Shown: piece by piece, positions 15,921 through 22,723 of the stretch
Layout: every line of letters begins with the position of its first letter
How positions within the stretch are numbered: the stretch's first letter is position 1
Source of the DNA: Desulfobacterales bacterium
Lineage (GTDB): Bacteria > Desulfobacterota > Desulfobacteria > Desulfobacterales > JANQIE01
DNA length: 22,723 nucleotides
Assembly (NCBI GenBank): GCA_028282295.1
Contig: JANQIE010000310.1
Coordinates: 1 to 22,723 of the forward strand
Direction: 5' to 3'
Translations under genes and position numbers: made by a program
The notes under the pieces: generated by a model
Database searches by the model: none
What the model was told of the DNA's origin: nothing
What the model saw: only the letters and a program-made list of their open reading frames with translations

Positions 15921-16580
15921 TTATTCTTCAAATTTTTCAACAAAAAAGATCCCTTTGTCTTTATCTTCGTCGTAGACCACCGCTTTGTCGCCTTTTTTCA
16001 GTACGGTGCCCTCGGTGGTGCGCACATTGATCAACAGTGGCGCGCCTTTGGTTTCGATTTCAAGCTGTCCGAACGAAGAGGTGACTTCACTGGTAACCAC
16101 CGTGCCGGCGCGCAGCAGGATTTTTTCGTGGGTCTCCTCTTTTTCGAAGGTTGAGAAAATTTTACGCAGGGGCCGGGTGATGACCCCGGCGACAAACAGA
16201 CTGGCAATGATATTCGGAATCAGCAGTGCGGCCCCCCAGATTATCGACAGGCCGGGGTTGAGGTAATAGTTGGCCAGCATGGAGATGGTCCAGCCTACCA
16301 GGATCATGGCGCTGAAAATGACCATGACCGGGACTTCCCCGATATTCATGAGGTTGAAGAACCAACGCAGCAAGCCGCCGGGTTGATCCGCGCCCACGTC
16401 GGCATCCGCGTCCGCGCCGGCGTCCAGGTCGGCATCCGATTCAAAATCGAAGTCAACGTCGAACAGGTTCACATCCAGGGCCCCCAGGATCACAAAGATC
16501 CAGTACAGTACGATCAGCGCCAGGAGCACCGTCCAGGGCAGGTTGACCAGGGCGATCGAGGCTTGCATGACTTCTACCAT
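15921..16580 (-). CDS. YqiJ/NfeD-like inner-membrane protein (219 aa), the usual partner of flotillin.
   Basis: Two N-terminal transmembrane helices are followed by an acidic low-complexity segment (DVDFDFESDADLDAGADADADVGAD). More transmembrane segments follow, then a C-terminal soluble beta-rich (OB-like) tail. Its position immediately upstream of flotillin is typical for yqiJ-yqiK / nfeD-floT operons. Confidence 0.75.
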   Translation of the reverse strand: MVEVMQASIALVNLPWTVLLALIVLYWIFVILGALDVNLFDVDFDFESDADLDAGADADADVGADQPGGLLRWFFNLMNIGEVPVMVIFSAMILVGWTISMLANYYLNPGLSIIWGAALLIPNIIASLFVAGVITRPLRKIFSTFEKEETHEKILLRAGTVVTSEVTSSFGQLEIETKGAPLLINVRTTEGTVLKKGDKAVVYDEDKDKGIFFVEKFEE

Positions 16581-16681
16581 TGTGTCTCCTTTTGATTTTG
16601 CGCGAGCTCTGAGTGTTAAGCGGTTAACTTAGCATTTCAATTTTTGGATAATCAAGCAGAAAATATTTTTCCTGAAGCATA

Positions 16682-17833
16682 TCAGGCGGCTTTGCTTTTG
16701 TGCAGCGCCTTGAACAGGGTCGGGCCGATCAGACAGGTCAGCACGGCCAGAAGTACAACCGCATCCTTCATTTTGGGTGTGATAAGACCTTCGGCCACAC
16801 CGATGGAGGCCGCCGCCACGATCAGGCTCAGGCGTGTGGCCATCAGGATGCCGATGTTCAGGGCTGCGCGCAACGAAGCGCCCTGGGTGACCATCAACAG
16901 TGATGGGAGTATTTTGACCGTCAGGGCCAGAATCAGTAATTTGGAGGCAAACAGGATCGCCTGCGGATTGAGCAGGTTGGCAAGGTCGAACTGCATGCCC
17001 ACGTTGATAAAGAAGATGGGGACCAGAAAACCGAAGCCGAGAGCGGACAGTTTGTCTTCCAGGTCGCCCCGGTCCCGGAAGACGAAGGAGAGCACGCAGC
17101 CGCCAAGAAAGGCCCCCAGCACGGCTTCGATGTGGACCAGCTCCGACAGGGCGACGAACAAGAATAGCAGGGCCAGGGAAAGGCGAACGCCCAGTTCCTG
17201 GTTGTCGCCGGTGGCGAGCAGGCGTTGGGCTTTTTGCGGGTGCCACCAGGCCCACAGGCGCACGAGGCGAAGCACCAGGCCGAAACCGATGAAGAGCGGC
17301 AGGGGGTAGACAAAGTGCCAGCTGATGCCGTGTTTGTGCCACAGGATGAAAACGGTGATGCCCAGCAGGGTTAAAAAATCGGCCAGGGTGGCGGCGATCA
17401 GGATCGCTTGTCCCAGGGCGGTTTTGTTCAGGCCGAGTTCTTTTAATGTCGGCATGACCAGCCCCAGTGAGGTGGTGGAGAGCACCAGGGCCATAAAGAC
17501 GCCCAGGCCCATCAGGTGGGCCAGCAGCAGGGACAAAGTCAGAGTGAGAAAAAAAATGGCGAACTGGGCCAGCAGTTGGGTGCGGCTCTGGCGCCGCAGG
17601 ATGGCGAAATCGATCTCCATGCCGGCATGGAACATGAGCAGTAAAAAACCGAGGTGAGCGAGAAAGACCAGCCAGTCGCCGCCAAATTGCAGTCCCAGGC
17701 AGCTTTTGCCGAGAATGATGCCGAGCAGGATTTCCGTGACTGCAGCCGGCAGACGGATCAGACGGCTGATGCCCGGCATCAGGGCGGCTGCCAGGGCCAC
17801 GATGAGCAGTGCAAGGGTGTCGTGAATGACCAA
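16682..17833 (-). CDS. Cation/H+ antiporter (CPA-family Na+/H+ or K+/H+ exchanger; 383 aa).
   Basis: Polytopic membrane protein with about 11-12 transmembrane helices. The sequence LPAAVTEILLGIILGKSCLG...MFHAGMEIDF is typical of the Na_H_Exchanger fold. The apparent start codon is TTG at 17833, with AGGAG 8 nt upstream. The first in-frame ATG is 18 codons in. Confidence 0.8.
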   Translation of the reverse strand: MVIHDTLALLIVALAAALMPGISRLIRLPAAVTEILLGIILGKSCLGLQFGGDWLVFLAHLGFLLLMFHAGMEIDFAILRRQSRTQLLAQFAIFFLTLTLSLLLAHLMGLGVFMALVLSTTSLGLVMPTLKELGLNKTALGQAILIAATLADFLTLLGITVFILWHKHGISWHFVYPLPLFIGFGLVLRLVRLWAWWHPQKAQRLLATGDNQELGVRLSLALLFLFVALSELVHIEAVLGAFLGGCVLSFVFRDRGDLEDKLSALGFGFLVPIFFINVGMQFDLANLLNPQAILFASKLLILALTVKILPSLLMVTQGASLRAALNIGILMATRLSLIVAAASIGVAEGLITPKMKDAVVLLAVLTCLIGPTLFKALHKSKAA

Positions 17834-17870
17834 GGGGGTTGCTCCTGTATAAAAAATGCTCCGAAGTTAA

Positions 17871-17970
17871 GGTGGAAATTGAAATTTGAAACTGGAAATT
17901 TGAAACTTGGATAAGGCAACGTCAGGGGTGTGGCGGCCGAATTTCAAGTTTCCGGTTTCAAGTTTCAACC
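17871..17970. promoter_or_regulatory. Imperfect long inverted repeat built from TTGAAA-type hexamers, lying between the RCK-USP gene and the antiporter gene. Left arm at 17871-17910 (GGAAATTGAAATTTGAAACTGGAAATTTGAAACTTGG) and right arm at 17937-17970 (CCGAATTTCAAGTTTCCGGTTTCAAGTTTCAACC).
   Basis: GAAATTTGAAAC occurs twice on the left and GTTTCAAG-type units twice on the right in opposite orientation. The spacer is ~26 bp. The element lies in the 173-bp intergenic region that must hold the antiporter promoter. Confidence 0.5.
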
Positions 17971-18006
17971 ACAAAGAGATCCGTCAACGTCGATACTCTA
18001 TGTGCT

Positions 18007-19422
18007 TCATGATGCGATCACCATCACCGAGCAGGCGGCCTTGCGGGCCAGTAGTTCGCCCACGTGGGGCGAAAACAGTGACCCTTCCTTGGTGGTGCTG
18101 CCGAGCACCAGCAGATCGAAATCCTTTGACAGTTCGGCGATCTCGGTTACCGGGTTGCCCTGTTTGCAGATTTCCTCGATTTTTACTTTGTGCACATGGG
18201 CCAGATGCCGGATTTTACGAGTGGCCTGTTGCACCCAGCTTTCATCATTCGCGCCATGGATAAACTCCGGTTCCTGGACAATGACGGCGGTTAGCCGGCC
18301 GTTGACCTGGTGGGAAAGGTTGATGGCGATCTCAAGGGCCTGCTCGGCGCGGAAGGTGGCGTTGAACGGCACCAGGATTCGTTCGAAGGGCCAGCAGTTG
18401 CGCGCCACGAAGAGCGGGCAGGGCAGGGCGTGGGCCAGGTCGATGATTTCGGATTTGGTAAGCGATTTGATGAACGACGGATCAAAGGGCGGGATCACCG
18501 CCATGCCGATGTTGTGTTCGGCGCAGACGCTTTTGATTTGGCCGATGAAATTGTCGCCGGTGGTTTCAAAGCGGATATCGATCCCCTGGACAAGGTTGCC
18601 GAAGCGCTGTTGGGGGTCGCCTTTGCCGGCGGCGCCGAGGACCGTGATTTGCCGCAGGCTGGTGTTCTGGGCCAATTGAAAACTTTCGGCCATCAGGCGT
18701 TCTTCGTCCAGGTCCTTTTTCGGCGGCAGGGCCAGTAGCAGACCGCGTCCGTAATTGAGCGGAAAATCGAGATCCTTGACGTTGAAGACATTGCAGATGG
18801 CCTCGAAACTTTCAAAATTGCCGACAATGATCAGCCGGTCGCCGTCCTGTACCTCGGTGCGCAGATCCGGAAACAGCAGGTCTGCCTGGCGCATCACCGC
18901 CACCGGCCGCCATCTGGCTCCGCCCAGGGTGATCACTTTTTTGCCGGTGATGCCCATCTGAGGGGTGACATCGATTTCCAGGATTTCGCCGCGTCCCTGT
19001 CCCATGGGGGTGACGATCAGGCGCGGGTCCTGCAGGTAGTGGTAGATGGTGCGGGCGATCATGGTGTTGACCATGACGGTCTTGACCCCCAATGCCTGAA
19101 AGTCGGCTTGCAGTTGCGGATCATGAACCCGGGCAAAGAGGTGGTCGACCCCTTTGGCGTGGGCATGCCGGCAGACAGCCAGGTTCACCGGATCGTTGTT
19201 GGTCAGGGCCAGTACGTAGTCGTGCCCTTCAACATCGGCCTCGTCGAGCACCACCGGGCTGGACGCGTCGCCCGCCCATACCTGCGCGATGTCCGGGTAG
19301 ATATTGGTCAAGGCGGTCAGCACCTCCCCGGATTTTTCAATCACACTGACCTGCCAGGTTTCCCCCAGCCGTTTGAGCAGTTCACGGGCGATTTTGCCGG
19401 CCCCGCAGACCAAAACTTTCAT
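18007..19422 (-). CDS. TrkA/RCK-domain protein fused to a C-terminal universal stress protein (USP) domain (471 aa).
   Basis: N-terminal Rossmann RCK_N (MKVLVCGAGKIARELLKRLG), a TrkA_C-like middle segment, and a USP-like C-terminal region (…LLVLGSTTKEGSLFSPHVGELLARKAACSVMVIAS). ATG at 19422 with RBS AAGGAAT. Confidence 0.8.
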   Translation of the reverse strand: MKVLVCGAGKIARELLKRLGETWQVSVIEKSGEVLTALTNIYPDIAQVWAGDASSPVVLDEADVEGHDYVLALTNNDPVNLAVCRHAHAKGVDHLFARVHDPQLQADFQALGVKTVMVNTMIARTIYHYLQDPRLIVTPMGQGRGEILEIDVTPQMGITGKKVITLGGARWRPVAVMRQADLLFPDLRTEVQDGDRLIIVGNFESFEAICNVFNVKDLDFPLNYGRGLLLALPPKKDLDEERLMAESFQLAQNTSLRQITVLGAAGKGDPQQRFGNLVQGIDIRFETTGDNFIGQIKSVCAEHNIGMAVIPPFDPSFIKSLTKSEIIDLAHALPCPLFVARNCWPFERILVPFNATFRAEQALEIAINLSHQVNGRLTAVIVQEPEFIHGANDESWVQQATRKIRHLAHVHKVKIEEICKQGNPVTEIAELSKDFDLLVLGSTTKEGSLFSPHVGELLARKAACSVMVIAS

Positions 19423-19557
19423 GGTTGGCGCAATTCCTTAAATTAAGGGATTTCGGGTAGTACGCTGTATGAGTGACATCGATCGGCTTCCGGTGTTCAG
19501 TACAACACTTTGCCGCGGGTTGCAATCGAAGGCTTGAAGAGTGTGTTGGGGCTCGCT

Positions 19558-19648
19558 AGTGTCCATCCGGAAATAGTATCTTTTGGCTCAGGTCGGCGTT
19601 TTCACGAATTTGACCTGAACCAAAATCTACTATTTCCGGGTGGGCACG
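19558..19648. repeat. Nested palindromic element (~90 bp). The outer inverted repeat is AGTGTCCATCCGGAAATAGTATC / CTACTATTTCCGGGTGGGCAC. It encloses an inner 13-bp-stem hairpin TTTGGCTCAGGTC...GACCTGAACCAAA.
   Basis: Outer arms at 19558-19580 and 19628-19648 match at 18/21 positions. Inner arms at 19582-19594 and 19611-19623 match at 12/13. The element starts 9 bp after the stop of the glycosyltransferase-like gene. Confidence 0.75.
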
Positions 19649-19656
19649 CGCTAACT

Positions 19657-20535
19657 CTAAGCGTAAGGTGGGGCGGGGGGGGAAGAGATGTATGTGGTTT
19701 CAAGATCGGTAATCGCCGGGCGCAGGTACTTTGAGATCGGACGGGCACTAATAAGCTCGAACCCTTTTTGTGCCAGGCGCTTGCGCTTTTCGGGCGCATG
19801 AATCAGTTCGCAGGCGCGCTCTGTTAATTGATTATAGTCGGCAAACGCAACGCCTTCGGAAAATTTGGTATCCTCTTGCAGGTTGGAACTATGCTCCGAT
19901 AAAACGGTGCATTTGTTGGCCAGCAGGTAGGAAATGCGGACCATTTCAAGTATTTTCGTGCTGTAGATGTGGAGGTTGAGCACTAGCTTTGCTCGTCCGA
20001 TCAATGCATCGCGCTCCCTGCCGTATACGCCAAACAAGGTTTTAACCTGAAGTCCGGCGGCTCGCATTTGATTGATGATTTTACGGCGCCTGGCGGTTAT
20101 TGATCCGAAGAACAATACATCGATATCGGGCTCCTGTGCCGGTTGGATGCGTGTAAGTTCCTCAACATAACCGATTGGGAGAATCCGGGCGACCTGAACC
20201 CCCATGGTTTCAAGCGCTTTTTGATTTTGAACGTTATAGTCCCAAACTTCATGGCGTTGGAATAACTTGATCAATTTCGAGCAGATCCAGTACGAGTCGG
20301 TGGCCACTTGTTCCAGATTATACAAAATAGCGTCCCGGGCCAGCGGTAAATTGTAATTGGGCAATAAATTGGAACCTAAAACGATATGTCGACGCCCTGG
20401 CAACTGTCCTTCGGATGTTATGATCGAGTTATAGCCAAGCGATTGCAGGCCATAATGAAGGGTTTCGGCAATTTCACTAAATGCGGCTGAGTGCATATAT
20501 CCGGGGGGCTTTACTACTGTTACGGCGAATTTCAT
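19657..20535 (-). CDS. Hypothetical protein (292 aa), glycosyltransferase-like (GT-B C-terminal-half-like); low confidence on function.
   Basis: Complete ORF with ATG at 20535. The segment DVLFFGSITARRRKIINQMRAAGLQVKTLFGVYGRERDALIGRAKLVLNLHIY...E resembles the nucleotide-sugar-binding half of GT1/GT4 enzymes. Confidence 0.55.
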   Translation of the reverse strand: MKFAVTVVKPPGYMHSAAFSEIAETLHYGLQSLGYNSIITSEGQLPGRRHIVLGSNLLPNYNLPLARDAILYNLEQVATDSYWICSKLIKLFQRHEVWDYNVQNQKALETMGVQVARILPIGYVEELTRIQPAQEPDIDVLFFGSITARRRKIINQMRAAGLQVKTLFGVYGRERDALIGRAKLVLNLHIYSTKILEMVRISYLLANKCTVLSEHSSNLQEDTKFSEGVAFADYNQLTERACELIHAPEKRKRLAQKGFELISARPISKYLRPAITDLETTYISSPPAPPYA

Positions 20536-20997
20536 TTTTATTTCCGATGGACACTATCTTCATCACAGGTGCCGGGCGTACTTCATTTGGAATGATATTA
20601 ACCCGGCAATAAAATATCTTTAAAATTGTGATTCCGGCGAGCGCCGGAATCAAGCGTCGATTCTGGATGCCGGATCAAGTCCGGCATGACGAAGACTTAC
20701 ATATTTAGTCGCCGGTTTAATAGATCACATGTTTGAAATGAAACCGTGCTGATATCGCGCGAAAGGTGCTATTTCCAAATGGACGCTATCTACCTGGTTG
20801 GCCAACTATTATGTTGGGATCATAGCCTATTTCAATTTATGGTGTAAATCGGGGATTTCCTGAATGTGTCAGGTGAAAAATCTCAACGTGGTGTTCCAAT
20901 TTGATGCAGTTGATGCCGATCTGCAAATAGCATCTTTGGGCCCAGGCCGGCGTTCTTACGAAGTGAACCAAATTGTATGTTGAAGTTCGACAATGGG

Positions 20998-22584
20998 CTA
21001 CATTACATCGCGGGTTTTGTAAAAATCGATGTCCGGCCATTCCTTCATGCAGTAGTCAAGTTGAAAGTTGCTGGTGGTCAGATAGGACAGGCATCCCTCG
21101 GCGTCGCGGGCCAGGTTGGCGGTGTTCTTTTTTTCGAAAGCGGCCAGTTTGCCGGGATCTTCGCAATCGACCCAGCGGGCCACGGCATAGTCGACCGGCT
21201 CGTAGACGGCGTCCACGCCGTATTCGGCTTGCAGGCGGGCCATGGTCACATCGAACTGCAACACTCCCACCGCGCCGAGGATATAATCGCTGCCCATGAC
21301 CGGTCGGAAAACTTGCACGGCCCCTTCCTCGGCAAGCTGGATCAATCCTTTTTGGAGCTGTTTGGTTTTCATCGGATTGCGCAGGCGCACCCGGCGGAAG
21401 ATTTCCGGGGCGAAATTGGGGATGCCGCTGAATTTCAGCCGTTCCTTTTCGGTGAACGTATCCCCGATTTTGATGGTGCCGTGGTTGTAAAGTCCGATGA
21501 TGTCGCCCGGGTATGCCTCTTCCACGTTGCGGCGGTCCTGGGCCATGAAAATGGTGGCGTTGGACAGGGTCACTTCCTTGCCGAGGCGGTGGTGCATGAC
21601 TTTCATGCCGCGTTTGAATTTGCCGGAGCAGATGCGCACAAAGGCGATCCGGTCGCGGTGGGCCGGGTTCATGTTGGCCTGGATTTTAAAGGCAAAACCG
21701 GAAAACGGTTTTTCATAGGGTGAGACGTCGCGCGAAACCGCCGCCCGTGGCCCGGGGTGGGGAGCGGTTTCGACAAAGGCGTCGAGCAGTTCTTTGACGC
21801 CGAAATTGTTGATGGCACTGCCGAAAAAAACCGGCGACTGGCTGCCGATCAGGTATTGCGCCGGGTCGAATGGATCGGTGGCCCCTTCGATCAGTTCGAT
21901 ATCTTCGCGCAGTTGATCGGCCTGGCTGCCCAGCAGGTCGTCAAGAAGCGGGTCGGTCAGGTCCTTGACCACGAGCCCTTTATCCTGCCGGGTGTCGCTG
22001 CCGGCGTCAAAAAGGTGCAATTGCTTGCGGTACAGGTTGTAAACGCCGCGAAACCGCTTGCCCATGCCGATGGGCCAGGACAGAGGTGTGCATTCGATTT
22101 GCAGTTTGTTTTCGATGTCATCGAGGATATCGAGCGGCGCCAGGCCCTCGCGGTCGAGTTTGTTGATGAAGGTCATGATCGGCGTGTTGCGCATGCGGCA
22201 GACTTCCATCAGCTTTTCGGTTTGTGGTTCCACGCCCTTGGCGCTGTCGATGACCATCATGGCGCTGTCCACCGCGGTCAATACGCGGTAGGTGTCCTCG
22301 GAAAAATCCTGATGGCCGGGGGTGTCGAGCAGGTTGATATCGTAATTGCGGTAATTGAATTTCATCACCGAGGAGGTGACCGAAATGCCGCGCTCTTTTT
22401 CAATGGCCATCCAGTCGCTGGTGGCGTGGCGGGCGGCCTTTTTGGCTTTGACGGCGCCGGCCTGCTGGATAGCGCCGCCAAAGAGCAGCAGTTTTTCCGT
22501 CAAGGTGGTTTTGCCGGCGTCCGGGTGACTGATGATGCCGAAGGTTCGCCGGCGCTGGATCTGTTTTTGATTGTAGTGTTCCAT
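20998..22584 (-). CDS. prfC: Peptide chain release factor 3 (RF3), translational GTPase.
   Basis: N-terminal G-domain [31 protein letters not shown] and NKLDREG, with RF3-specific signatures throughout the 528-aa full-length ORF. ATG at 22584. Confidence 0.95.
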   Translation of the reverse strand: MEHYNQKQIQRRRTFGIISHPDAGKTTLTEKLLLFGGAIQQAGAVKAKKAARHATSDWMAIEKERGISVTSSVMKFNYRNYDINLLDTPGHQDFSEDTYRVLTAVDSAMMVIDSAKGVEPQTEKLMEVCRMRNTPIMTFINKLDREGLAPLDILDDIENKLQIECTPLSWPIGMGKRFRGVYNLYRKQLHLFDAGSDTRQDKGLVVKDLTDPLLDDLLGSQADQLREDIELIEGATDPFDPAQYLIGSQSPVFFGSAINNFGVKELLDAFVETAPHPGPRAAVSRDVSPYEKPFSGFAFKIQANMNPAHRDRIAFVRICSGKFKRGMKVMHHRLGKEVTLSNATIFMAQDRRNVEEAYPGDIIGLYNHGTIKIGDTFTEKERLKFSGIPNFAPEIFRRVRLRNPMKTKQLQKGLIQLAEEGAVQVFRPVMGSDYILGAVGVLQFDVTMARLQAEYGVDAVYEPVDYAVARWVDCEDPGKLAAFEKKNTANLARDAEGCLSYLTTSNFQLDYCMKEWPDIDFYKTRDVM

Positions 22585-22673
22585 GGGGTTATCGTGCGGT
22601 TCAATCCTTTTTTAAATCAAGGGTCGCACCGTACCAAGGTCTACCGGGAATGTAAACCCTAAGGGCCGCGGAA

Positions 22674-22723
22674 AAAATAAAATATCCCAAATACGAACGT
22701 ACTTTAGGATATTTTATTTTTTC
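22674..22723. terminator. AT-rich stem-loop (AAATAAAATATCC ... GGATATTTTATTT) followed by TTTTTTC; terminator-like hairpin at the window edge.
   Basis: 13-bp perfect inverted repeat with a 19-nt loop and a T-run 3' on the plus strand (A-run on the other side). It is located upstream of prfC. It could terminate a gene outside the window on either strand. Confidence 0.35.

Noticed and set aside
16629-17342. 237-aa minus-strand and 221-aa plus-strand ORFs overlapping the antiporter gene.
   Set aside because: These are alternative-frame or antisense reads of a GC-rich membrane-protein gene with Arg/Pro/Ser-rich composition. The antiporter frame gives a coherent polytopic membrane protein.

Overview
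The window has two compositionally distinct parts, and all 13 supportable protein-coding genes are on the minus strand.

Positions ~1-6800 are visibly AT-rich (by eye roughly 35-40% GC; not computed). This part looks like a horizontally acquired island. It carries a tightly spaced four-gene operon:
- an N4/N6-family DNA methyltransferase (motifs DPFCGSG and TSPPY);
- a 908-aa fusion of a protein-kinase-like domain to a P-loop NTPase (GPRGCGKT and LLFIDDF);
- a 368-aa unknown protein with a possible PD-(D/E)xK-like signature;
- a 213-aa unknown protein.
A small possible RHH-like regulator gene sits upstream. A 24-bp direct repeat occurs at both the 3' flank and the promoter region of the operon. 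I regard this operon as the best candidate for an undescribed methylation-linked defence or conflict system, with a distant analogy to Pgl/BREX type 2 (kinase + methyltransferase + ATPase).

Positions ~6800-22723 are GC-rich (roughly 60% by eye) and look like ordinary chromosome. They encode:
- prfC (release factor 3);
- a glycosyltransferase-like protein;
- a TrkA/RCK-USP fusion next to a CPA-type cation/H+ antiporter;
- a YqiJ/NfeD-like membrane protein plus a 686-aa flotillin (SPFH) protein;
- a small GIY-YIG nuclease gene flanked by ~136-bp direct repeats;
- a giant 1848-aa protein with a coiled coil, a MoxR/AAA_5-type ATPase and C-terminal TPR repeats.

Intergenic regions of this GC-rich part are littered with GC-rich hairpin repeats that have GAAA- and UUCG-like loops, including a 206-bp tandem array. 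They also contain nested palindromic elements. One hairpin copy lies at the island junction. No rRNA, tRNA or CRISPR array was found. The many long plus-strand ORFs inside the giant gene are GC-skew shadow ORFs.
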